Source of the DNA: Gammaproteobacteria bacterium
GTDB lineage: Bacteria; Pseudomonadota; Gammaproteobacteria; UBA4575
Assembly (NCBI GenBank): GCA_965222615.1
Contig: CBDCUI010000007.1
Span: 608,001-672,000, forward strand
Direction: 5' to 3'
DNA length: 64,000 bases
In this document: one piece after another, positions 51,094-61,211 of the stretch
How the letters are laid out: each line of letters starts with the position of its first letter
How positions within the stretch are numbered: the first letter of the stretch is position 1
Position numbers and translations under genes: made by a program
The notes under the pieces: model-generated
What the model saw: the letters and a program-made list of their open reading frames with translations, nothing else
The model's database searches: none
Told to the model about the DNA's origin: nothing

Positions 51094-51651
51094 TTACCGG
51101 TTGCTACGTAGCGTTTTTCCACTGACTAGATCACGCACTACACTAGGTGATCCAGTTCCTAGAGTGCCTATCATTACATAGTCTAAGTGTGGACCAAACC
51201 AATCTTTCAATTGTTGCTGATTTATAGCAGTTGAATAAGTAGAAAAATTGGCGCTAGTGGATACAATTGCCTCACAATGATCACATAATTTTTTTGCGAT
51301 TGGATGTTGAGCTATACGTATTGCAACTTTATCGTGTCTTCCCTTAATCCAAGCAGGCACGGATTTATTTGCAGGCACTAACCAGGTAGTTGGTGCTTCA
51401 TTGAGAGCAGCTTCGATGAGTGAGCATTGTTCTCGTGACAATGTTTGGGTAAAAGTCTTTAATCTGTCTAGATTGGCTACCAATAGGATTAGGCCGTTTT
51501 CGGGGCTACGCCTTTTTAGCCACAAAATACTTGCAACCGCTTTCTTATTAAAAGGGTCGCAGCCGAGACCTAAAATGGTTTCTGTTGAGTACGCGATTAC
51601 ACCGCCTCTTTTTATGATCGTGGCGGCTTGGGAAATATTATTAGCGAGCAA
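51094..51651 (-). CDS. tsaC: L-threonylcarbamoyladenylate synthase (TsaC/YrdC)
   Basis: GVIAYSTE..GLGCDP, VSTSAN. Confidence 0.92.
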   Translation of the reverse strand: MLANNISQAATIIKRGGVIAYSTETILGLGCDPFNKKAVASILWLKRRSPENGLILLVANLDRLKTFTQTLSREQCSLIEAALNEAPTTWLVPANKSVPAWIKGRHDKVAIRIAQHPIAKKLCDHCEAIVSTSANFSTYSTAINQQQLKDWFGPHLDYVMIGTLGTGSPSVVRDLVSGKTLRSNR

Positions 51652-51689
51652 AACTATAGATTTATTTTAAAAAAACTTATTTTGTCGAG

Positions 51690-54110
51690 TCACTGATTTT
51701 TCTTAGTAGTTTTTTTCTTGGCTGCAGTTTTCTTTTTGCTGGCTTTTTTCTTCGTAGTGGATTTTTTCTTTGTCGTGGTTTTTTTCTTGGGTGATTTCTT
51801 TTTTGCGGCTTTTTTGCCGCGACGCCATGATTTTTTCTTGGGCGCTTCGGCAATCATTTTTTCACACTCTTCTAGTGTAAGTGCTGCAGGTTCTTGATCT
51901 TTGGGAATTTTTACATTTTTGTTGCCGTCTGTAACATAGGGCCCGTAACGGCCATTTAAGACTTGTATGTTTTGTTCTTCGAATACTTTAATTATTTTGT
52001 TTGCATCGGCAATTTTCTTTTCAGCAATAACTTCAAGTGCACGTTCTAAGCCTATCGTATAAGGGTCGTCATCCTTTATCGAGACATATTTACTGCCGTA
52101 TTTAACATAGGGGCCAAAGCGGCCAATACTGGCTTGTACCGGTTCACCTTCGGCGGTTTCTCCAAGTTTACGCGGCAGTTTAAATAGCTCCATGGCCTCA
52201 TCGAAGGTAATTTCCGCCATTTTTTGTCCCGGGCGTAGACCAGCAAACTTTGGTTTTTCTTCATCGTCACGAGTGCCAATTTGTACAAATGGACCATATC
52301 GACCCATACGTACACTGACCGGTTTGCCAGTTTTAGGATCAATGCCGAGTTCTCGCGCTTGTACGGCTTCTTCACGTGAGACGCTTTTTTCTTTATCTAT
52401 AACAAGGGTGTTAAATGGTTTCCAATAGGCATGTAAGACTGGTACTAATTCTTTTTCACCACGTGAGATTTCATCCAGCTCATCTTCAAGCTTAGCAGTG
52501 AAATCATAATCGACATATTGTGTAAAATGTTTAGTAAGAAAGTCGTTTACCAGCCGGCCCATCTCGGTTGGTGTAAAACGTCGATTTTCGAGTTCGGCAT
52601 ATTCGCGATTTTGCAAAGTCGAAATAATGCTTGCATAAGTTGAAGGTCGGCCAATTCCATATTCTTCGAGCATCTTGACTAGACTGGCTTCCGTAAATCT
52701 TGGTGGTGGTTCAGTAAAATGTTGTTCGGCACGAATTTCATGGAGTGCAACCTCCTCACCAATTTCTAAATTTGGCAACATGCGCTCATCAGATTCTTCT
52801 TTTTTATCATCTAATCCTTCTTGATAGACTTGTATAAAGCCTGGGTTTTTAATCGATGAACCCGTGGCGCGGAAAACATTACCTGGCCCACAGTCGAATT
52901 CTATCGCTACTAGATTTAGAGTCGCATGAATCATTTGACTGGCGACGGCACGTTTCCAAATTAAGCTATAAAGCTTGTATTGATCGGCTGAAAGAAATTT
53001 TTTAATTTCATCAGGAGCGCGTAAGAAAGAAGTAGGGCGAATAGCCTCATGTGCTTCCTGGGCATTTTTAGATTTTGTCTTAAAGACACGTACTTCTTCA
53101 GGTAAATTATCTTTCCCAAAGCGTTGCACGATATAGTCTCGTAATTCACTCAGCGCCTCTTGCGCCAACGCAACTGAATCTGTACGCATATAAGTGACCA
53201 GACCTACAGCCCCATCACCTAAGTCTATACCTTCATATAACTGCTGTGCCACACGCATGGTTTTTTGTGCAGAGAATCTTAATTTGCGCACAGCTTCTTG
53301 TTGTAGAGTAGAGGTAATAAAAGGAGCGGCAGGATTTCGTTTGCGTTCTTTTTTATCTACAGTTTTAACTGTGAGCTTGCCATTGGCGTTTTTCTCAAGC
53401 AATTGTTTGGCATCGACGGCATCTTTTTCGTTATTAATATCAAACTGCTCAAGTTTTTTGTCTCGATAAATACTGAGTTTTGATATGAATGCCTGTTTGT
53501 CTTTTTCACAGTCCGCTTCAATTGTCCAATATTCTTGTGGTACAAATTTCTCTATTTCTTCTTCACGCTCGCAAAGTAACCGTAACGCAGGACTTTGTAC
53601 CCTACCTGCAGATAGTCCACGTTTGATTTTTTTCCATAACAATGGCGATAGATTAAAACCCACCAAGTAATCCATGGCGCGTCGTGCTTGTTGTGCACTG
53701 ATTAAATCGTCTGACAATGTGCGGGGATTTTCTATGGCGTCACTGACTGCACGTTTAGTAATTTCATGAAACACTACGCGGAAGACATCCTTTTCATCTA
53801 GTAAACCGCGTTCTTTTAGAATTTCGTAAAGATGCCAAGAAATGGCTTCACCCTCACGATCAGGGTCGGTGGCGAGATATAGGGCCTGCGCTTTTTTTAA
53901 GGCTTTAGATATGGCAGCTACGTGTTTTTCGTTTTTTTCAATAATTTCATATTTCATTTCGAAGTCATTATCAGGGTCTACTGCGCCTTCTTTTGGAATT
54001 AGATCACGCACATGTCCATAAGATGCCAATACACCAAAATCTTTGCCAAGGTATTTTTCTATGGTTTTGGCTTTGGCAGGAGATTCAACAATGACTAAAT
54101 TTTTACTCAT
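51690..54110 (-). CDS. topA: DNA topoisomerase I with C-terminal repeats and Lys-rich tail
   Basis: VESPAKAK, ATDPDREGE, SAGRVQS, TYMRTD, GR(Y/F)GP repeats. Confidence 0.98.
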   Translation of the reverse strand: MSKNLVIVESPAKAKTIEKYLGKDFGVLASYGHVRDLIPKEGAVDPDNDFEMKYEIIEKNEKHVAAISKALKKAQALYLATDPDREGEAISWHLYEILKERGLLDEKDVFRVVFHEITKRAVSDAIENPRTLSDDLISAQQARRAMDYLVGFNLSPLLWKKIKRGLSAGRVQSPALRLLCEREEEIEKFVPQEYWTIEADCEKDKQAFISKLSIYRDKKLEQFDINNEKDAVDAKQLLEKNANGKLTVKTVDKKERKRNPAAPFITSTLQQEAVRKLRFSAQKTMRVAQQLYEGIDLGDGAVGLVTYMRTDSVALAQEALSELRDYIVQRFGKDNLPEEVRVFKTKSKNAQEAHEAIRPTSFLRAPDEIKKFLSADQYKLYSLIWKRAVASQMIHATLNLVAIEFDCGPGNVFRATGSSIKNPGFIQVYQEGLDDKKEESDERMLPNLEIGEEVALHEIRAEQHFTEPPPRFTEASLVKMLEEYGIGRPSTYASIISTLQNREYAELENRRFTPTEMGRLVNDFLTKHFTQYVDYDFTAKLEDELDEISRGEKELVPVLHAYWKPFNTLVIDKEKSVSREEAVQARELGIDPKTGKPVSVRMGRYGPFVQIGTRDDEEKPKFAGLRPGQKMAEITFDEAMELFKLPRKLGETAEGEPVQASIGRFGPYVKYGSKYVSIKDDDPYTIGLERALEVIAEKKIADANKIIKVFEEQNIQVLNGRYGPYVTDGNKNVKIPKDQEPAALTLEECEKMIAEAPKKKSWRRGKKAAKKKSPKKKTTTKKKSTTKKKASKKKTAAKKKTTKKNQ

Positions 54111-54321
54111 TTGGTTAAAATTGTTTAAAACTATTAATTAATTTCAATCTAAATTCATCCTTGTACTTCGAAAGAATGATATTCGCGGCGAACTAATACG
54201 CGTTTATTACGCTTTTGTAAATGCTTAATGGTAATTTTTTTATGATAGCAAGTGACATAAGCTGCAAGCTGAAGCCTAGTCTAAGAGGTAGTACAATGCT
54301 GCTCGGCGTTTATATTTAAGT

Positions 54322-55437
54322 TCATTGAGTGCGTATATAGACCCCATTGCCATTATGCGTGACATGGCCATTCAGCTCTAAAATCAAAAGGATAGAAGAG
54401 ACCACCTCGACACTAAGCCCACTTTGATTGATCAAGTTGTCGATACTTATTGGCTCATAACCCATGCAGTCAAGTAATTTTTTATGTTCTGGATCCAAAT
54501 CATGATCACTAGATACACAAGGTTTCGTTAATGAATTTTCAATTTGGTTCAGATCTATATATTGTTTCAGCTCTTCTAAAATGTCATCAACCGTCTCGAC
54601 AAGTTTTGCGCCGCTACGGATAAGCTGATGACAGCCTTTGCTGTGCGGACTGTGTATGGATCCAGGAATTGCAAATATTTCTCGACCTTGTTCACCGGCA
54701 AGGCGAGCTGTAATTAAGGAACCACTTTGCGTGGACGCTTCCACCACCAAAACTCCTAAGCTTAAGCCACTAATAATTCGGTTGCGACGTGGGAAATGCC
54801 CAGGTTTAGGCATGCTGCCAATTTGAAATTCGGAAATGATAAGACCGCGCTGCGCAATTTGTTCGGCTAATTTTTTATGCTCAGCAGGATACACACGGTC
54901 AAGCCCACAAGCTGCTACTGCTATGGTTGTCCCAATCTGTGTTTGTAATGCTCCCTGATGCGCAGCACCATCGATACCACTTGCTAATCCACTGGTGATA
55001 ATTATTCCAGATTGGGCCAGTTTTTGTGCGAATTCTGCTGCGATTTGTTTGCCACTATTACTTGCATTGCGACTGCCGACTATTGCAAGTTGCGGTTCAG
55101 ATAACAACGCTAAGACATCAGCTTGACTTCCAATCACATATAACGCAATAGGCGGATCGGCAATTTGTTTTAGTAAGCTTGGATAGGCAGTGTCTTCGAT
55201 CGTTACTAAATAATGGTTATCCTGTTGCAACCATTTAAGGTCCTCAACAATTTCTGCTTCATTGGGCTCAAGGATCCCTTCAATAACTGAATTTACGATA
55301 CCAATAGCAGTTAACTCGCTACATTTAGCATTTAAAATCGCCTCTGCTGTACCAAAGTGCTGTAATAATTTACTAAATGTGATCGGGCCTAGCTGATCGA
55401 TATGAATGAGTGTTAACCACTCCTTATGTGAAGGCAT
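54322..55437 (-). CDS. dprA: DNA processing protein DprA
   Basis: AIVGSR, SGLASGID, FPRRNRIISGLS, SGSLITA. Confidence 0.97.
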   Translation of the reverse strand: MPSHKEWLTLIHIDQLGPITFSKLLQHFGTAEAILNAKCSELTAIGIVNSVIEGILEPNEAEIVEDLKWLQQDNHYLVTIEDTAYPSLLKQIADPPIALYVIGSQADVLALLSEPQLAIVGSRNASNSGKQIAAEFAQKLAQSGIIITSGLASGIDGAAHQGALQTQIGTTIAVAACGLDRVYPAEHKKLAEQIAQRGLIISEFQIGSMPKPGHFPRRNRIISGLSLGVLVVEASTQSGSLITARLAGEQGREIFAIPGSIHSPHSKGCHQLIRSGAKLVETVDDILEELKQYIDLNQIENSLTKPCVSSDHDLDPEHKKLLDCMGYEPISIDNLINQSGLSVEVVSSILLILELNGHVTHNGNGVYIRTQ

Positions 55438-55540
55438 GCGCTATGCTTATTATTTTTTTCCCATTGTAGCGACTATGGGATGAAAGCGGAAAACGGCAAA
55501 GGTTATTGTTTTAGACCTAGGGTCTTAAGATAAAGTTTAC

Positions 55541-56746
55541 TTAGGGGTTTACCACGGAATCTCCGACTTGAATTGGTCGAGAAGTATCCATAATCAAGGC
55601 ATAACTGACTTTTTCATAAGTACGAAATACCATGGCAACTCCTGCAGTCTCTTCGGGTAGTTGTACGTCCACTAGCGAACCGGGCTTTTCAAATGGATCT
55701 TGAATGACGCGGCCGGCTTGATTCACGGCCAATACATGACCTTTTTCAATGCCATTGCGATTGCCTAGGTTCAGGGTGATTACTTGAAAGGTGCCAACTT
55801 GAGTAATGGCATCAAACAGTGAAATCACATAGCCATAAACCTCGTTGCTGGGGGCATGCGGTACAAATTCGGTGTCAATATCACTGAAGTCGATTGGCAA
55901 TAAGCGATCACCACGCAATGCTTCACGTTTAGTTTCTGCCAGGTCAAAGGTGGCCGGATCATCTAAGCGTATGATTTCCCCGTCACCCACCATAATCGCT
56001 TCATAGCCAAGTAATTCCTCGGTTTTTGGATCATAGAGTGCATCTCCGGCGCGAAACACCGTATATTTATCTTGTGTGTTGGCATCGAGCCCACGTACAT
56101 AAACACGATCTCCACTACCAAAAGCTAAGCGTTCTTCTTGAGAGCCGACAATATAGGGCGCAGCTTCCAACACCTCTTCGCTTACCACTTGAGGCCGAAT
56201 AATAAACTGTTGGATGGCTTGAATCGGGATACCATAGGCACTGGCGTCGATGTCCTCACTGCGAATTTGCGGTGATAGTCGTTCCGCTCCGGCAATGCGT
56301 GGGCCACCGCCAACGGTGAGATAAGGCTTGCCACCGACGTAAAATAATGTAATGACATCTCCAGGGTAAATTAGATGAGGATTTTTAATTTGTGGGTTTA
56401 CATACCAAATCTCAGGCCAATACCAGGGTTCCACTAAAAAACGATTGGATAGGTCCCATAAGGTATCGCCAGGGACCACGGTATACTGTTCTGGCGCGGA
56501 AGCGCGAAATTCCACATTGTGTTGCTGAGGAGAAACTGGCAGATCTTCAAGTCTAGGTTCCATCGAATCGGGAAGTCCCTGGGTTTCGGTGGAACTTACT
56601 TCAACTGCAGGCTCACCAATCTCTACTCCACTATTGTCTTCATCGGATTCAGAGGAGGTCGTGGTGCATGCCGCGAGACTCGCAACAAAAACCATAATAA
56701 TCAATTGCTTAAGTAAGGTAAGATGAATTTTATAATTCCCCAGCAT
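55541..56746 (-). CDS. LysM peptidoglycan-binding protein (TsaP-like)
   Basis: YTVVPGDTLWDLS, PWYWPEIW, NPHLIYPGD; lipobox-like LAAC; sits between def and dprA. Confidence 0.88.
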   Translation of the reverse strand: MLGNYKIHLTLLKQLIIMVFVASLAACTTTSSESDEDNSGVEIGEPAVEVSSTETQGLPDSMEPRLEDLPVSPQQHNVEFRASAPEQYTVVPGDTLWDLSNRFLVEPWYWPEIWYVNPQIKNPHLIYPGDVITLFYVGGKPYLTVGGGPRIAGAERLSPQIRSEDIDASAYGIPIQAIQQFIIRPQVVSEEVLEAAPYIVGSQEERLAFGSGDRVYVRGLDANTQDKYTVFRAGDALYDPKTEELLGYEAIMVGDGEIIRLDDPATFDLAETKREALRGDRLLPIDFSDIDTEFVPHAPSNEVYGYVISLFDAITQVGTFQVITLNLGNRNGIEKGHVLAVNQAGRVIQDPFEKPGSLVDVQLPEETAGVAMVFRTYEKVSYALIMDTSRPIQVGDSVVNP

Positions 56747-56884
56747 AGGTCGCTTTATCCCTTGTCATAGATGATTTTTTGTTAAACTAGAGCGCATAGA
56801 AATCCCTGGTTACAAGCGGGTATTCTATAGTCGCGAGGTTAAAAGACAATACTTAAGTGAACTTATAATTTATTCTGTAACTCA

Positions 56885-57415
56885 ATGGCAATACTAGAAA
56901 TTTTACACTTTCCGGACCCGCGATTGCGAAAAAAGGCACAGCCAGTCGATAAGGTGGATGATCATGTCCGACAGACGGTGAATGATATGTTTGAGACCAT
57001 GTATGCAGCTCCTGGCATTGGGCTAGCCGCGACCCAGGTGAATATTCAACAACAAATTATCGTTATGGATGTCTCGGAAGAAAAAGATACACCATTGTGT
57101 TTGATTAACCCTGAGATTATCACTAAGGAGGGGGATGAAGAAATGCAGGAGGGATGCCTTTCGGTACCAGGAATATTTGAAAATGTTCAACGGGCTGAGA
57201 AAATTACTGTTCGAGCTTTAGATCAAAACGGAGATTCGGTTACTCATGAAGTAGACGGTTTACTAGCAGTTTGCATTCAACATGAAATGGATCATCTGCA
57301 AGGGAAATTATTTGTAGACTATCTATCTCCTCTCAAGCGTGAGCGTATCAAGAAAAAACTGCTTAAACAGCAAAAGTACGAACACCCTTCTCCTCAGCAA
57401 GCCAATGTGATCTAA
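56885..57415 (+). CDS. def: Peptide deformylase
   Basis: [19 protein letters not shown]. Confidence 0.98.
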   Translation: MAILEILHFPDPRLRKKAQPVDKVDDHVRQTVNDMFETMYAAPGIGLAATQVNIQQQIIVMDVSEEKDTPLCLINPEIITKEGDEEMQEGCLSVPGIFENVQRAEKITVRALDQNGDSVTHEVDGLLAVCIQHEMDHLQGKLFVDYLSPLKRERIKKKLLKQQKYEHPSPQQANVI

Positions 57416-57454
57416 CAATACGCATTGTTGCGAGAGCATTTGGCGGTTACTGCC

Positions 57455-58417
57455 ATGACAACAGGTCTCAATATAATATTTGCAGGTACACCGGAGTTTG
57501 CATCCATCTCTTTACGAGCTCTGTTGGCGAGTGAGCACCAAATCATCGCGGTATACACACAACCTGATCGCCCAGCCGGTCGTGGGCAAAATCTGCGTAT
57601 GAGTGCAGTAAAAGAAGTTGCGCTACAAGCAAATATACCGATCTACCAACCCACTACATTTAATGACGATGAATGCTCACGTATCCATGAACTTCAAGCC
57701 GATGTCATATTGGTGAGTGCCTACGGCTTGTTGTTACCTGCCTCGGTGTTAAACGCAACCAAACTGGGTTGTATTAATATCCATGCATCACTGCTTCCAA
57801 AATGGCGTGGTGCCGCACCGATTCAACGCGCAATTATTGCGGGCGATCGAGAAACCGGTATCACCATTATGCAAATGGTTGAAGAGCTGGATGCCGGGCC
57901 CGTGTTGTATCAAAAAAAATGCGCAATCGAACCTATGGATACCGGCGTAACACTGCATGACCGCTTAGCAAAGATCTCTGCAAATGAGATCGCAAATGTA
58001 TTACAACAGCTAAAAAATAAGCTGCTTACACCTGTTCAACAAAATGAGAGTCTGGTGACCTATGCAAAAAAACTGAGCAAACAAGAGGCCAATATTGACT
58101 GGCTGGAAAGTGCAGTGGAAATAGAGCGAAAGGTACGCGCTTTCAATTCATGGCCTGTGGCCTATTCGTACTTGAATGAATCACGAATAAGAATCTGGAA
58201 AGCTGTGGTAAGGAACAATGCTGAAAGTCAGCATAAGCCAGGTACTGTGCTCGAATCGAGTAATGCAGGAATTGCAGTCGCAACAGGTAAAGGCATACTG
58301 CTTATTACTGCGTTGCAGTTATCTGGAGGAAAAGTTATTAACGCAAAAGATTTTAACAATGCACATAACATTACACATCAATGTTTTTATCGTAATGATG
58401 AGGTCGTAGTGTCGTGA
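57455..58417 (+). CDS. fmt: Methionyl-tRNA formyltransferase
   Basis: FAGTPEF, NIHASLLPKWRGAAPIQ; ATG at 57455 preferred. Confidence 0.97.
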   Translation: MTTGLNIIFAGTPEFASISLRALLASEHQIIAVYTQPDRPAGRGQNLRMSAVKEVALQANIPIYQPTTFNDDECSRIHELQADVILVSAYGLLLPASVLNATKLGCINIHASLLPKWRGAAPIQRAIIAGDRETGITIMQMVEELDAGPVLYQKKCAIEPMDTGVTLHDRLAKISANEIANVLQQLKNKLLTPVQQNESLVTYAKKLSKQEANIDWLESAVEIERKVRAFNSWPVAYSYLNESRIRIWKAVVRNNAESQHKPGTVLESSNAGIAVATGKGILLITALQLSGGKVINAKDFNNAHNITHQCFYRNDEVVVS

Positions 58418-59010
58418 ATATAACCATGTGTAACACTACTGTGCGCTACATAGTCATTCAATCTGGTCTTTTTTTATCGACTATTCCTTTGCTAATTTTG
58501 TTATCAAGCCAAGTAGATGCAAAAAGTAATGATTTTCAAATAAATTATTTAAATATTACAGAGATTGAAGAAGAACTACGTTTGGATGCAGAGATTGAGT
58601 ATCAATTAAATGATGAAGTTATAGAGGCATTGGCAAATGGAATTTCGATATTGTTTCGAGTTGAAGTTCAAGTAAAGGCTTTACATAAATGGGGTTGGGA
58701 CAAAACTATATCTGAAATTGCACATACCTATGTACTTAATTATCATGCTTTGAGTAAACAATATATTTGGGAAAATCTAGATACGGGAGCAAATGACACG
58801 TTTCCCGATTTAGAATCGGCCCTGGCCCATCAGGGTAATATTTCTGCAATGTATATTGCAGAGATCGCAAAATTAAACAAACAGCAGAAACATTTTGTGC
58901 GTTTACGCTCACGAATGTTGACCGATAAATTACCATTACCATTGCGTATAAAAAGCTATTTTTCTCCTAAGTGGAGATTATCAAGCGGGTGGAATGTATG
59001 GCCATTGTAG
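58414..59010 (+). CDS. DUF4390 family protein
   Basis: EALANGISI, LNYHALSKQY, LPLPL; directly upstream of an NtrY-like kinase. Confidence 0.8.
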   Translation: MNITMCNTTVRYIVIQSGLFLSTIPLLILLSSQVDAKSNDFQINYLNITEIEEELRLDAEIEYQLNDEVIEALANGISILFRVEVQVKALHKWGWDKTISEIAHTYVLNYHALSKQYIWENLDTGANDTFPDLESALAHQGNISAMYIAEIAKLNKQQKHFVRLRSRMLTDKLPLPLRIKSYFSPKWRLSSGWNVWPL

Positions 59011-61211
59011 AAAAACAAGTAGTCATTCGCATTTGGCCGATTGTGGTTTTGTTTATCTTGCTTATGGGCTCTTTGTATCTCATGGCAGATGCCACGCGAA
59101 GCGAGACCAGTTTTGCTGAACTGCACTACTGGCTGCTGCCGTTTAATATTTTATTGCTAGCCGTTTTTTTAATTCTAATTGTTTTCAATATTGCTCGGTT
59201 GGTTACACAGGTTATTAAACGCCAACCTGGTTCGAAGCTTACGCTACGTTTGCTGCTCATGTTTGTGTTGTTAGCGATTGTGCCGGTGGGGATTGTGTAT
59301 ACCTTTTCGATTTGGTTGTTACAAGAAGGTGTAGATAGTTGGTTTGATGCAGATGTGGAACAGGCATTGCAAGATTCGGTAGATCTAAGTCGTTCTTCGC
59401 TTGATTTACATATGCGTAAATTACGCCGACAAACAGAGCCCATGATTAATGAATTAGCAGATGCCACCTCATTAGATGCACCGTTGTTAATTAACGATTT
59501 GTTGAGTCGTAGTGGAGCAGCAGAAATAGTATTGTTTGATCGAAGCAGTCGTATTATTGCTTCTGGCGGCGAAGTCGGTGCTGCAGTATTACCACGTTTA
59601 CCTGGTGAAACGGTAATGCGCTTGGTAAGTCAGGGTGAAACCTATGTGGGCTTAGATCCAATTAAAGATTCTGGATTGCACATTCGATTAGTTTTTCCAA
59701 TGCGCTCCAATCGGCCCGGAACAGAAGAGCGCATGGTACAAGTTCTATATCCAATCTCAGATCGAATTAGTGATCTAGCCCTGAATGTGCAAGAAGGCTT
59801 TGGTAAATATAATCAGTTAGTTTATCTACGCACACCCTTGAAGCAAAATTTTAATGTAATTTTGACATTGGTGTTGTTACTCGGTGTGTTGTTTGCGGTG
59901 TGGGCCGCATTTTATTCTGCACGTAGATTGGTGGCGCCTATCAAAGATCTGGCACAAGGCACAAGGGCGGTTGCTGCTGGGCAGTACCACAAGAAATTAC
60001 CGGTTGAGCGACAAGATGATTTGGGCATGTTAGTCGCTTCGTTTAATCAAATGACAGAACGCTTATCACTAGCTCGTGATAAAGCAAAACTAAGTCAACG
60101 GCTTATTGATAGCCAGCGATTATATCTGCAGACGATTTTAGAAAATTTATCGTCAGGTGTGATTAGTTTAGATCAAAACCTCGTTATAAAAACCGCAAAT
60201 GCTACGGCCTCACAAATATTAGGAGAAGATATCAGTCAATTTGTTGGACTCGATATCGCACAATTAACCATGCAACATGAAAATTTGAAAAGTTTTTGTG
60301 ATCAAGTAATACCAATGATTCAAAGTAGTGAAAAGCAATGGCAAACAGAAATCAAATTATTTGATAGAGATCGTACTAAAACACTTATGTGTCGTGGTGT
60401 GACATTACCTGACGATTCTGAACAAAAAGGTGGTTATGCATTAGTTTTTGATGATGTTACGGAGCTTATTCGTGCACAGCGAGATTCTGCTTGGGGTGAA
60501 GTTGCACGGCGTTTGGCACATGAAATAAAAAATCCATTAACACCAATTCAATTATCGGCCGAACGCTTACGGGGCAAAATACTTCCTGATTTAAATGCAC
60601 AAGAAGCTGATATTTTAGACCGAGCCACTAGTACCATTGTGCAGCAAGTCGAGTCAATGAAGGCGATGGTGAATGATTTTGCCGATTATGCGCGTGCACC
60701 ACAGATTGAGATTACACCTTTGGATCTGAACAAGCTCATTGCAGAAGTGATAGAGCTGTACCAAAACAACATCTATAATGTTGCTGTAATCGCATCTTTG
60801 GACGAGACTCCACCCCTTATTAAAGGCGACAATGTACGCTTGCGACAGTTGTTACATAACCTCATTAAAAATGCCTTAGAAGCTATGCATGAAAAAAGCA
60901 ATGCCAAAGTACAATTGACAACGCGTTGTTTTGAAATTAGTGGCGTACCATTTGTTAGCCTTGTAGTAACCGATGATGGTCCAGGATTTCCAATTGATAT
61001 GCTAGAGCGAATTTTTGAACCCTATGTTACAACTAAATCAAAAGGCAATGGTTTAGGGCTTGCAATAGTGAAAAAGATAGTGGAGGAACATGGTGGTACG
61101 ATTATGGCTGAAAATGCTCCCGAACGTGGCGCAAGGATAAAAATTCGTTTACCTATTACCAACATTCAAATTACTAAGACACCGATACAGGTTCAAGGGG
61201 ATGCTGCATGA
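58998..61211 (+). CDS. ntrY: NtrY-like HAMP/PAS histidine kinase
   Basis: AWGEVARRLAHEIKNPLTPIQLSAERL, FEPYVTTK, GLGLAIVKKI; start uncertain. Confidence 0.85.
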   Translation: MAIVEKQVVIRIWPIVVLFILLMGSLYLMADATRSETSFAELHYWLLPFNILLLAVFLILIVFNIARLVTQVIKRQPGSKLTLRLLLMFVLLAIVPVGIVYTFSIWLLQEGVDSWFDADVEQALQDSVDLSRSSLDLHMRKLRRQTEPMINELADATSLDAPLLINDLLSRSGAAEIVLFDRSSRIIASGGEVGAAVLPRLPGETVMRLVSQGETYVGLDPIKDSGLHIRLVFPMRSNRPGTEERMVQVLYPISDRISDLALNVQEGFGKYNQLVYLRTPLKQNFNVILTLVLLLGVLFAVWAAFYSARRLVAPIKDLAQGTRAVAAGQYHKKLPVERQDDLGMLVASFNQMTERLSLARDKAKLSQRLIDSQRLYLQTILENLSSGVISLDQNLVIKTANATASQILGEDISQFVGLDIAQLTMQHENLKSFCDQVIPMIQSSEKQWQTEIKLFDRDRTKTLMCRGVTLPDDSEQKGGYALVFDDVTELIRAQRDSAWGEVARRLAHEIKNPLTPIQLSAERLRGKILPDLNAQEADILDRATSTIVQQVESMKAMVNDFADYARAPQIEITPLDLNKLIAEVIELYQNNIYNVAVIASLDETPPLIKGDNVRLRQLLHNLIKNALEAMHEKSNAKVQLTTRCFEISGVPFVSLVVTDDGPGFPIDMLERIFEPYVTTKSKGNGLGLAIVKKIVEEHGGTIMAENAPERGARIKIRLPITNIQITKTPIQVQGDAA

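Noticed and set aside
54155-54163. CAAGGATG on the minus strand upstream of topA as a CsrA site or repeat copy
   Set aside because: Single occurrence without a convincing flanking stem
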